Shown: positions 21,204 through 29,403 of the stretch, piece by piece
Layout of the letters: every line of letters begins with the position of its first letter
Numbering within the stretch: the stretch's first letter is position 1
Assembly: GCA_044341105.1 (NCBI GenBank)
Contig: JBIISI010000002.1
Location: 1-56,760 of the forward strand
Origin: Rickettsiales bacterium
GTDB lineage: Bacteria; Pseudomonadota; Alphaproteobacteria; Rickettsiales; UBA3002
DNA length: 56,760 nucleotides
Direction of reading: 5' to 3'
The notes under the pieces: generated by a model
Seen by the model: only the letters and a program-made list of their open reading frames with translations
Database searches by the model: none
Told to the model about the DNA's origin: nothing
Made by a program: the position numbers and the translations under genes

Positions 21204-22667
21204 ATGGCTGGTATTGGATTTGAACTGAACAAAATGGCCCGGCGCGACGACCTGCTGGGCATTGCCGGTGCCTACCTGCACTCGGCCTTCGCCATTGCGG
21301 GGCCGTGGCTGTTCACCGTGGTGGCGCTGGCCTTCACCACCTACCTCTATGGCGGCTCCAACTCCGCCGAGCTGCTCGATTTCCGCGGCGTCATCGTCTA
21401 CAATTTCTCGTTCTCGCTGGTGCTTTCTGCGCCCGTCTACATGGTGATGACGCGCTACCTCGCCGACCAGATCCACGTGAAAAACGTGACCTCGACCCCG
21501 ACCGTCATGCTGGAAAGCATGATCATGGTGTTCGGTGCCAACCTGCTGCTCGCCATTTTCTTCTACGCCATCTATTTCGAGATGCCGATCGAGCTGCGCC
21601 TCGCCGGTTTCGCCAACATGTTCCTCATCTCGGGCGTGTGGCTGCTGGGCGTGTACCTCACCGCCCTGAAAGATTTCTCGGCCGTCACCTGGACCTTCAT
21701 CATCGGCATGGTGATCGCCGTACTTGCCGCTGAATATCTCAGCGATGGCAACGCCGCCGGCATGGTGGCGGGCTACAATATCGGCCTTGCGATCATCGTG
21801 TTCATGCTGGCCGGGCGCATCTTCGCCGAATACCCGTACCGCCTCACCCATGATTTCGCCCTGAAGCCTTTCTGGAAAAAATACTGGGAGCTGGCCGTCG
21901 GCGGCCTGTTCTATAACGGGGCGCTCTGGATTGATAAATGGATCATGTGGTACGCGCCGGAAGCGACCCAGCTGCCCAGCAAAATGCGTTTCTTCCCGGA
22001 TTACGACTCGGCCATGTTCCTCTCGGCCATGAGCATCCTGCCCAGCCTCGCGCTGTTCGTGTTCGCCATTGAAACCAACTTCTTCCACCATTACCGTCGC
22101 TTCTACGGCAACATCCTCGCCCACGCGTCGATGCGCCGCATCAAGCAGTTCCATGGCCTCATCCTCGATGCCATCGTCGAAGGTGGCCGCTCGGTCATGC
22201 TGCTGCAAGGCGTGATCGCGTTCCTGCTCATCCTGCTTGCACCGCAGATCTTCGAGAAAATCGGCGTGTTCTTCCTGCAGCTTGGCATTTTCCGCCTCGG
22301 TGTGCTGGGCTCGTTCTTCCAGGTGCTGATCCTGTTTGCGACCATCATCCTGTCGTATTTCGACTGCCGCAAAGCCAATATGTGGATTTTCTTCTTCTAC
22401 TTCATCAGCAACACCATCCTCACGCTGGTGTTCATGCAGTGGGGCTACGAATATTATGGCTATGGCTTCTTCCTCAGCTCGGCCCTCACCTTCTTCCTGG
22501 CGTCGGCCATCCTGTTCGCGCATGTGCGCAAGCTGCCCTACCACGCCTTCATCACCAACAACAACTCGGTGAAAGTACCGAAGGTAAAGACCAGCGCCGA
22601 TTACCACGACGATCTGGGCGAGTTCCAGCTGGGCGTCAACCACCTCACACCCAGCCAGCAGAAATAG
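21204..22667 (+). CDS. pelG: PelG polytopic membrane exporter (MOP/PST-like)
   Basis: MAGIGFELNKM is identical in style to the PelG N-terminus (MAGIGFELRK). The protein has about 12 hydrophobic segments. Confidence 0.85.
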   Translation: MAGIGFELNKMARRDDLLGIAGAYLHSAFAIAGPWLFTVVALAFTTYLYGGSNSAELLDFRGVIVYNFSFSLVLSAPVYMVMTRYLADQIHVKNVTSTPTVMLESMIMVFGANLLLAIFFYAIYFEMPIELRLAGFANMFLISGVWLLGVYLTALKDFSAVTWTFIIGMVIAVLAAEYLSDGNAAGMVAGYNIGLAIIVFMLAGRIFAEYPYRLTHDFALKPFWKKYWELAVGGLFYNGALWIDKWIMWYAPEATQLPSKMRFFPDYDSAMFLSAMSILPSLALFVFAIETNFFHHYRRFYGNILAHASMRRIKQFHGLILDAIVEGGRSVMLLQGVIAFLLILLAPQIFEKIGVFFLQLGIFRLGVLGSFFQVLILFATIILSYFDCRKANMWIFFFYFISNTILTLVFMQWGYEYYGYGFFLSSALTFFLASAILFAHVRKLPYHAFITNNNSVKVPKVKTSADYHDDLGEFQLGVNHLTPSQQK

Positions 22668-22673
22668 CGGAAA

Positions 22674-22697
22674 GGGGAGCTTCGGCTCCCCTTTTTT
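22674..22697 (+). terminator. rho-independent terminator after pelG
   Basis: GGGGAGC (22674-22680), TTCG loop, GCTCCCC (22685-22691), then TTTTTT (22692-22697). Confidence 0.85.
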
Positions 22698-23008
22698 GTA
22701 GACGGAAAATAATTTCCCCTGCCCTTGAAATCCCCAAACTATTGCAAAATAGCCATTCCCGCTTGCTGGAATAAGCATATTACAAAATGTAACGAAAATT
22801 TTTACTTTACATAGGGGTACAGCATCTATAATTGGAGCCAAGCCGCTGAATCCCATGGCGTGTAGAGATCCCTAGAGGGGTAGGACACGAGCTTCGTAAT
22901 GAAAGGCTCAAAACCGATCCAGCAAGGTGACCTTGGCACTGCTGTCACAAATCCGTCGCAAGATTCGGTTGGTGCGTTTTGGTTAACGTACTAACGAGGA
23001 TTTATGAC
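22698..23008 (+). promoter_or_regulatory. long (~310 nt) AT-richer leader upstream of ornithine decarboxylase; candidate speF-type leader RNA
   Basis: An unusually long non-coding gap lies between the pelG terminator and the ODC start, and it contains no credible ORF. Alphaproteobacteria carry a conserved 'speF' RNA motif upstream of ODC genes (Corbino et al. 2005). I cannot verify the consensus by eye. Confidence 0.3.
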
Positions 23009-24202
23009 ATGCGAAGCTACAATTCGCCCGATTCCGCTGTAAAGCATTTACAGCCCGAACAACCCGTCATCATCTACCGCCCGCACGCCCTCAAGCGTTC
23101 GGTTGACATGTTCCTGAACCACTTCAAGGGCGATGTGATGTTCGCGGTCAAAACCAACCCCGACGAGCATGTGCTGAAGGACCTCTGGGCCCATGGCATC
23201 CGCCGGTTCGATGCCGCCTCGCTGCAGGAAGTCGCCATGGTGCGCGGCCTGTTCGCCGACGCGGAAATCTATTTCATGCACACCGTGAAATCGCGCAAAG
23301 CCATCCGCGAGGCGTACTTCACCTATGGCGTGCGCCATTTCTCGCTCGACTGCCAGGACGAGCTCGGCAAAATCCTCGCCGAGACCGGCTATGCCGACGA
23401 TCTGGGCCTGCATGTGCGCCTGGCCATCCCGAACACCTACGCCGAGCTGGCGCTGACCGACAAATTCGGCGCAGCGCAGACCGACGCGGCCACCCTTCTC
23501 ACCAACGTGCGCGCGGTGGCCGCCCACGCGGGCGTGTGCTTCCATGTGGGCAGCCAATGCATGCACCCCGACGCCTACAAACTGGCCATTAAAATGGCGA
23601 AGCAGGTGGTGAAAGCCGCCGGCGTGCGCATCGATTCGTTCGACGTGGGCGGTGGGTTCCCGAGCGTCTATCCCGGCATGACCCCGCCGCCGATGGCCGA
23701 TTACTTCGCCGCCATCCACGAAGCGACGCGCGACATCGTGCGCCAGCACGGCTGCTCGCTGCTGGCCGAGCCGGGCCGCGCGCTGGTCGCCGAATCGGGC
23801 GCGGTGCTGGTGCGGGTGGAACTGCGCAAGGGCAATTTCCTCTACATCAACGACGGCACCTACGGTTCGCTGTTCGATGCGGGCGTGCCCAAATGGCTCT
23901 ACCCCTGCAAGCTGCTGAACCGCAAGAGCGCCACCGAGGAGCAAGAGGGCTTCAGCTTCTATGGCCCCACCTGCGATACGATGGACTTCATGAAGGGCCC
24001 CTTCATGCTGCCCGCCGACATTAAAGAAGGCGATTACATCGAAATCGGCCAGCTGGGTGCGTATGGCCGCACCATGGCGACCCGCTTCAACGGTTTCAGC
24101 CCGGCCACCGCGCCGATCGCCGTGAAGGACGAACCGCTGCTCAGCCACTACGCGCCGCTTGCAGAGCCGCGCGAAGTAGCGTATCAGGCCGCCATCGCGT
24201 AA
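23009..24202 (+). CDS. ornithine/lysine decarboxylase, PLP-dependent (alanine-racemase fold, eukaryote-like ODC)
   Basis: The ATG at 23009 follows a GAGGA RBS. FAVKTNPDEHVL carries the PLP-Lys. Also present are GVCFHVGSQC, FDVGGGFP, EPGRALVAESG and YGPTCDTMD. Confidence 0.85.
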   Translation: MRSYNSPDSAVKHLQPEQPVIIYRPHALKRSVDMFLNHFKGDVMFAVKTNPDEHVLKDLWAHGIRRFDAASLQEVAMVRGLFADAEIYFMHTVKSRKAIREAYFTYGVRHFSLDCQDELGKILAETGYADDLGLHVRLAIPNTYAELALTDKFGAAQTDAATLLTNVRAVAAHAGVCFHVGSQCMHPDAYKLAIKMAKQVVKAAGVRIDSFDVGGGFPSVYPGMTPPPMADYFAAIHEATRDIVRQHGCSLLAEPGRALVAESGAVLVRVELRKGNFLYINDGTYGSLFDAGVPKWLYPCKLLNRKSATEEQEGFSFYGPTCDTMDFMKGPFMLPADIKEGDYIEIGQLGAYGRTMATRFNGFSPATAPIAVKDEPLLSHYAPLAEPREVAYQAAIA

Positions 24203-24221
24203 CGCTAATGGTAAATTAACG

Positions 24222-24258
24222 CCCCGGCCGGCGATAACGCCGAGCCGGGGTTTTTATT
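24222..24258 (+). terminator. rho-independent terminator after the ODC gene
   Basis: CCCCGGCCGGCG, ATAA loop, then CGCCG(A)GCCGGGG, giving a 12-bp stem with a 1-nt bulge, followed by TTTTTATT. Confidence 0.85.
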
Positions 24259-24278
24259 GTGAAAAAAAGGAGAGTGTG

Positions 24279-25337
24279 ATGACCGCACAAGCCAAAACCA
24301 AATCGAACCAGAAAGCAGAATTGCTGCAAAAAACCGTCGAGCATATCGACATCACCAGCTTCGATGCCCGCCCCATCATCGACCAGATGGCGAACATGAG
24401 CTTCACCAGCCGCGACCTCGCGCGCGCCACCAGCATCTACAACCAGATGCTGGCCGATAAGGATTGCTCGATCATCCTCACCATTGCGGGCAGCACCAGC
24501 GCGGGCGGCTGCATGAAGCTGTACGCTGACCTCATCCGCTACAACATGGTCGATGCCATCGTGGCCACCGGCGCGTCGATCGTCGACATGGATTTCTTCG
24601 AAGCCCTCGGCTTCAAACACTACCATGGCGATGCCAACGGCACCGACGACAAAACCCTGCGCGACCTCTATATCGACCGGATCTACGATACCTACATTGA
24701 CGAGGAAGAGCTGCAGGCCTGCGACCACACCATCCTCGAGATCGCCAACAAGCTGGAGCCGCGTGGCTACAGCTCGCGCGAATTCATTCGCGAGATGGGC
24801 AAATGGCTGGCCGCTGGCAATGCCAAGAAAAAAGAATCGCTGGTGCAACTGGCCTACGAACACAACGTGCCGATCTTCTGCCCGGCGTTTGTGGATAGCT
24901 CGGCTGGTTTCGGCCTCGTGAAGCACCAGGTCGATAACCCCAAGAAGCACATGATGCTCGATGCCATCGCCGATTTCCGCGAATTGACCGACATTAAAAT
25001 CGCCGCCGGCAAAACCGGCCTGCTGATGATCGGTGGCGGCGTGCCGAAGAACTTCACGCAAGACACCGTCGTCTGCGCCGAGATCCTCGGCAAGGAAGTG
25101 GACATGCACGCCTACGCCGTGCAGATCACCGTGGCCGACGTGCGCGATGGTGCGTGCAGCAGCAGCACCCTGAAAGAAGCCTGCAGCTGGGGCAAGGTCG
25201 ACACCGCGCTCGAGCAAATGGTGTTCGCCGAAGCGGGCAGCGTGCTGCCCCTGCTGGTGAGCGATGCCTACCATCGCGGCCACTGGAAGGAGCGCAAGAA
25301 ACGCGCCTTCGGCACCCTGTTCGACGACGCCAAATAA
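24279..25337 (+). CDS. deoxyhypusine synthase-like protein (bacterial DHS/homospermidine-synthase-like)
   Basis: AAGGAGAG RBS. ILTIAGSTSAGGCMKLYADLIRYNMVDAIVATGASIVDMDFFEALG and IGGGVPKNF are DHS-family blocks. Confidence 0.8.
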   Translation: MTAQAKTKSNQKAELLQKTVEHIDITSFDARPIIDQMANMSFTSRDLARATSIYNQMLADKDCSIILTIAGSTSAGGCMKLYADLIRYNMVDAIVATGASIVDMDFFEALGFKHYHGDANGTDDKTLRDLYIDRIYDTYIDEEELQACDHTILEIANKLEPRGYSSREFIREMGKWLAAGNAKKKESLVQLAYEHNVPIFCPAFVDSSAGFGLVKHQVDNPKKHMMLDAIADFRELTDIKIAAGKTGLLMIGGGVPKNFTQDTVVCAEILGKEVDMHAYAVQITVADVRDGACSSSTLKEACSWGKVDTALEQMVFAEAGSVLPLLVSDAYHRGHWKERKKRAFGTLFDDAK

Positions 25338-25356
25338 GCGCCCGAATATGCAATTG

Positions 25357-25384
25357 AAAAGGGCGCTTCGCGGCGCCCTTTTTT
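25357..25384 (+). terminator. rho-independent terminator after the DHS-like gene
   Basis: AAAA, GGGCGC (25361-25366), TTCGCG loop, GCGCCC (25373-25378), TTTTTT (25379-25384). Confidence 0.8.
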
Positions 25385-25481
25385 GCACCGCACGCCTAGT
25401 GTGAAAAATAACTGGAAAAAGGCTTTTCCGCTGCTAGGGTGCAGGCCCGTTTTCCACCCCCGTTCTGAGGGCACCGTTTCC

Positions 25482-26735
25482 ATGGCTTCTGCCACCGTTA
25501 AAGAATTCACCGTATTTGGGCTGCGCATGTGGCAACAAGTGGTGATTTGCCTTGTACTGGGCGTGATTACCGGCCTCGCCATGGGGCCCGATGCGGCGCA
25601 GTTCAAATTCCTCGGCACCATTTTCATCAACCTGATTAAAATGGTCGTGGTGCCGCTCATCTTCCTCGCGCTGGTTTCCGGCATCACCAGCATGGGCGAC
25701 GGCGCCAATTTCCGCCGCGTGGGCCTGAAAGGCATCGGCGCATATTTCTGTACGGCGCTGGTCGCCGTGGTCATTGGCCTGCTCGCGGGCAACATCTTCC
25801 AGCCCGGCATCGGCATCACCGTCAATATCGAAGAATACGCTTCGCCCGACAAAGCCAGCGCCCCGACCCTTGGCGTGCAGGACTTCCTCATGAACCTGAT
25901 CTCGACGAACATTTTCGAGTCGTTCGCCGAGGGGCATTTGCTGCAGGTCATCGTGTTCGCCGCCTTCTTCGGCATGACCATGAACATGATGGGCGAAAAA
26001 TCCGCCAACGCGCGCGAGATTTTGCATGATTTCAGCCAGATCGTCTTCAAGATGATCGAATATATTGTGCGCTTAGCCCCCCTCGCCGTGTTCGGCTTCA
26101 TGGCGTGGAGCGTGGGCACGCAGGGCGCGGAAATCGTGAAAGTGCTCATCAACCTCGTCATGGCAGTGCTCGCCGCCTGCGTGTTCCAATATGCCCTGTT
26201 CGGCCTGCTCATCTTCCTCGTGGCGCGGCTGAACCCGTTTATCTTCTACAAAAAGCTGGTCACCACCCAGCTCATGGCCTTCTCCACTTCGAGCAGCAAA
26301 GCGACCCTCACCACCGCCATGCGCGAGCTGCAAACCAAGCTTGGCGTATCGGAACAATCGACGCAGTTCCTGCTGCCACTCGGGGCCTGCATCAACATGG
26401 ATGGCACGGCGATTTATCTCGGCATCTGCGCGCTGTTTTTCGCGCAGTTCTTCGGCATCGACCTGCAAATGGCCGATTATGCCGTGCTGCTGCTCACCTG
26501 CACGCTCGGCTCCATCGGCGCGGCGGGCATTCCCTCGGGCTCCATCATTTTCATGGGCATGGTATTGCATTCCGTCGGCCTGCCGATCGAGGGCATCGGC
26601 CTGCTGCTCGGCGTCGACCGCGTGCTCGATATGGTGCGCACCACCATCAACATCACCGGCGATTGCGCCATCACGCTGATGGTCGATGCCACCGAGAAGA
26701 CGCTCGACAAAGACATCTATTATAGCGAGGTGTGA
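25482..26735 (+). CDS. dicarboxylate/amino acid:cation symporter (DAACS, GltP/DctA family)
   Basis: The likely start is the ATG at 25482 (MASATVKEF). LIKMVVVPLIFLALVSGI, AFSTSSSKATLTTAM, INMDGTAIYLG and VDRVLDMVRTTINITGD are DAACS hallmarks. Confidence 0.85.
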   Translation: MASATVKEFTVFGLRMWQQVVICLVLGVITGLAMGPDAAQFKFLGTIFINLIKMVVVPLIFLALVSGITSMGDGANFRRVGLKGIGAYFCTALVAVVIGLLAGNIFQPGIGITVNIEEYASPDKASAPTLGVQDFLMNLISTNIFESFAEGHLLQVIVFAAFFGMTMNMMGEKSANAREILHDFSQIVFKMIEYIVRLAPLAVFGFMAWSVGTQGAEIVKVLINLVMAVLAACVFQYALFGLLIFLVARLNPFIFYKKLVTTQLMAFSTSSSKATLTTAMRELQTKLGVSEQSTQFLLPLGACINMDGTAIYLGICALFFAQFFGIDLQMADYAVLLLTCTLGSIGAAGIPSGSIIFMGMVLHSVGLPIEGIGLLLGVDRVLDMVRTTINITGDCAITLMVDATEKTLDKDIYYSEV

Positions 26736-27721
26736 TGGACACGCCGCTGCTCATGTGGGGGGTGTTCTTCGCGGTTGTCCTCGTCACCATGGTGATCGAT
26801 CTCGGCCTGCTCAAGCGCGAGCGCGAACCGCTCACCGTAAAACAGGCGCTGGTGCGCAGCGTCGCGTTCTTCCTGCTGGCCATGGCGTTTAACGCCTTTG
26901 TGTTCCACGAGCGCGGGGCCGAAGCGGGCTCCGAATTCCTGATGGGCTACCTCATCGAGCTGTCGCTCAGCGTCGATAACCTGTTTGTGTTCCTGCTCAT
27001 CTTCACCCATTTCGGCGTGCCGCGCCAATACCAGCACCGCGTGCTGCTGTGGGGCATCCTTGGTGCCATCCTCATGCGCGGCCTCATGATCTGGCTGGGC
27101 GATACGCTGATCGAGCGCTTCACCTGGATCATGTACCTGTTCGGCGGCTTCCTGGTGTTGACTGGCATGAAAATGCTGTTCGCGGCGGACGCCGAGCCGG
27201 ATGTCGGCAACAACGTACTCATCCGCTTCATGCGCAGCCGCTTTCGCATCACCGAAGGCTTCCGTGAGGAACATTTCTTCGTCGTCGAGAACGGTCACCG
27301 CTTTATCACGCCGCTGTTCATGGTGCTGGTACTGATCGAAATTTCCGACCTGATTTTCGCCGTCGATTCCATTCCCGCCATCTTCGCCATCACCGATGAT
27401 GGCTACATCATTTTCACCAGCAACATTTTCGCCATTCTTGGCCTGCGCTCGCTGTATTTCGCGCTGGCGGCGTTCATCCACCGCTTCGAATACCTGAAAT
27501 TCGGACTATCGCTGATCCTGATTTTCATCGGCATCAAAATGCTCATCAACCACTATTTCCACCGCGCCATCATCAGCACCGAAGTGTCGCTGGCCGTGGT
27601 GGTCACGGTGCTCGCCATGTCGGTGATTATCTCGCTGGCAAAAACCCGCCGTCATCCCCATCACCATCATCGCGGCTGGATTCCCGGCTCCGCCCCCAAA
27701 GACTCGCAAAAGGCAGAATAA
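26735..27721 (+). CDS. TerC/Alx-family integral membrane protein
   Basis: The ATG overlaps the upstream TGA (TGATG). ELSLSVDNLFVFLLIF and EISDLIFAVDSIPAIFAIT are duplicated TerC motifs. The tail is His-rich (RRHPHHHHRGW). Confidence 0.85.
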   Translation: MDTPLLMWGVFFAVVLVTMVIDLGLLKREREPLTVKQALVRSVAFFLLAMAFNAFVFHERGAEAGSEFLMGYLIELSLSVDNLFVFLLIFTHFGVPRQYQHRVLLWGILGAILMRGLMIWLGDTLIERFTWIMYLFGGFLVLTGMKMLFAADAEPDVGNNVLIRFMRSRFRITEGFREEHFFVVENGHRFITPLFMVLVLIEISDLIFAVDSIPAIFAITDDGYIIFTSNIFAILGLRSLYFALAAFIHRFEYLKFGLSLILIFIGIKMLINHYFHRAIISTEVSLAVVVTVLAMSVIISLAKTRRHPHHHHRGWIPGSAPKDSQKAE

Positions 27722-27722
27722 T

Positions 27723-28649
27723 ATGCGCTTCCCCATCCAGATTTTCCGCACCGTGCCCACCTTCGATTTTATCGGGCACCGCAAGATCGGCTTCGTGCTG
27801 ACCTTCCTTGGCCTTGCGGCCACCGGCTTTTTTGTGGCCACCAAAGGCCTCAATTTCGGCATCGATTTCACCGGCGGGGTGGTGATGGAAGTGCGCACCG
27901 AGGCGCAGGCCGATGTCGGCAAAATGCGCCAGTTGCTGGAAGATGCCGACATGGGCGATGCCAGCTTGCAATCCATTGGCGACGGGCGCGACGTATTGAT
28001 CCGCCTGAAGCCCAAGGCCGATGAGAACCAGAATAGCGTTGCCCAGCATGTGCGCGGCGTGCTGAGCGATGGCTACGGCGCGCAGGTCGATTACCTGCGT
28101 GTCGATTACGTGGGCCCGCAAGTGGGCGAGGAACTCATTCGTGGCTCAGCCTATGCGCTGGCCGCGGCGCTTGGCGGCATGATGCTGTACCTGTGGTTCC
28201 GTTTTGAGTGGCAATACGGGCTGGGCGGCATTCTCGCCCTTATGCACGATGCGATCCTCACGCTGGGCTTCTATGCTGTCACGCAGATCGAATTCAACCT
28301 CACCTCCATCGCCGCCATCCTCACGATCGTCGGCTACTCGATCAACGACTCGGTGGTGATTTACGACCGCGTGCGCGAGGATCTACGCAAATACAAAGTG
28401 CGCCCGCTGAAAGACGTGCTGAACCTCGCCATCAACGAGACGCTGGCACGCACCATCCTCACCGGTGGCACCGTGATCGCGGCGCTGGTGGGGCTCATCG
28501 GCTTCGGCGGCGAAGTGCTGTTCGGTTTCTCGGCGGCGATGGCGTTCGGCGTGGTGATCGGCACCTTCTCGTCGATCTTCGTATCGGCGACGATCCTGAT
28601 CTACCTGCACCTGCGCGGAAATGAAGCAGGCCTTCCGGCGCGCGCATAG
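27723..28649 (+). CDS. secF: protein translocase subunit SecF
   Basis: FDFIGHRKIGF ... GLNFGIDFTGGVVMEV ... YVGPQVGEEL ... FRFEWQYG ... ILTIVGYSINDSVVIYDRVRE. The sequence is colinear with E. coli SecF as I recall it. Confidence 0.9.
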   Translation: MRFPIQIFRTVPTFDFIGHRKIGFVLTFLGLAATGFFVATKGLNFGIDFTGGVVMEVRTEAQADVGKMRQLLEDADMGDASLQSIGDGRDVLIRLKPKADENQNSVAQHVRGVLSDGYGAQVDYLRVDYVGPQVGEELIRGSAYALAAALGGMMLYLWFRFEWQYGLGGILALMHDAILTLGFYAVTQIEFNLTSIAAILTIVGYSINDSVVIYDRVREDLRKYKVRPLKDVLNLAINETLARTILTGGTVIAALVGLIGFGGEVLFGFSAAMAFGVVIGTFSSIFVSATILIYLHLRGNEAGLPARA

Positions 28650-28713
28650 CCGCCCTGCCATTTTCACCGTTGCGCATGGCGGCATGCCATGCCATTGCTG
28701 GGCATCCTAGGAG

Positions 28714-29403
28714 ATGCCCATGAAATTCCGCTACCTGCTCATCGCGCCACTACTGCTGCTGGCCACGGCCTGCGGCAGCAAATACCCCTTCCCGCCGCAA
28801 TTCGTGAGCACGCAGGAAGTCTCCGAACGCAGTATTCCCGCCCCGCCGGAAAAGGGCTCCCGCGCGTATGACGCGGAAATCGTGCAGATCATCGCACTGC
28901 AAGCCACCCTCACCCCGGCCCAGTTGCAGGCGATCACCCATCAGGATGAAATCCGCCCGCAGGTGATGATCGAGCCGGTGCTCGGCACGCGCTACGACGA
29001 AGCGCAATACCCAGCCTTCTACACGCTGCTGCGCCACGCCGCGTCGGACGCATGGCGCATCCGCGATGAAACGGCGGATTACTGGAAATCGCCGCGCCCG
29101 TGGTATGCCGATCCCCGCGTCGCGTTACATGTCGAGCCAATCTACAGCTATGGCTACCCCAGCGGCCACACCACCACCTTCGGCGTATGGGCCTATGTGC
29201 TGGCCGATCTATTCCCACAGCATGCGCAGGCGTTTTTTGACCATGCATGGGGCGTGGCCGACAACCGCATCAAAGGCGGCGCGCATTTCCCGCATGACAT
29301 CCAGGGCGGCAAACAACTCGCCGCCGCGATCTATGCACGCATGCAGCTGACGCCGGAATTCCGCAAGGAATTCGCCGCCGCGCAGGCCGAGCTACGCCAG
29401 TAG
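28714..29403 (+). CDS. class A acid phosphatase (PAP2 family), lipoprotein
   Basis: Lipobox LLLLATAC. The PAP2 motifs are KSPRPW, YPSGHTT and NRIKGGAHFPHD. Confidence 0.8.
   Translation: MPMKFRYLLIAPLLLLATACGSKYPFPPQFVSTQEVSERSIPAPPEKGSRAYDAEIVQIIALQATLTPAQLQAITHQDEIRPQVMIEPVLGTRYDEAQYPAFYTLLRHAASDAWRIRDETADYWKSPRPWYADPRVALHVEPIYSYGYPSGHTTTFGVWAYVLADLFPQHAQAFFDHAWGVADNRIKGGAHFPHDIQGGKQLAAAIYARMQLTPEFRKEFAAAQAELRQ

Noticed and set aside
26700-26740. A yybP-ykoY (Mn2+) riboswitch, which often precedes TerC/Alx genes.
   Set aside because: There is no intergenic space. The terC ATG overlaps the stop codon of the upstream transporter gene.
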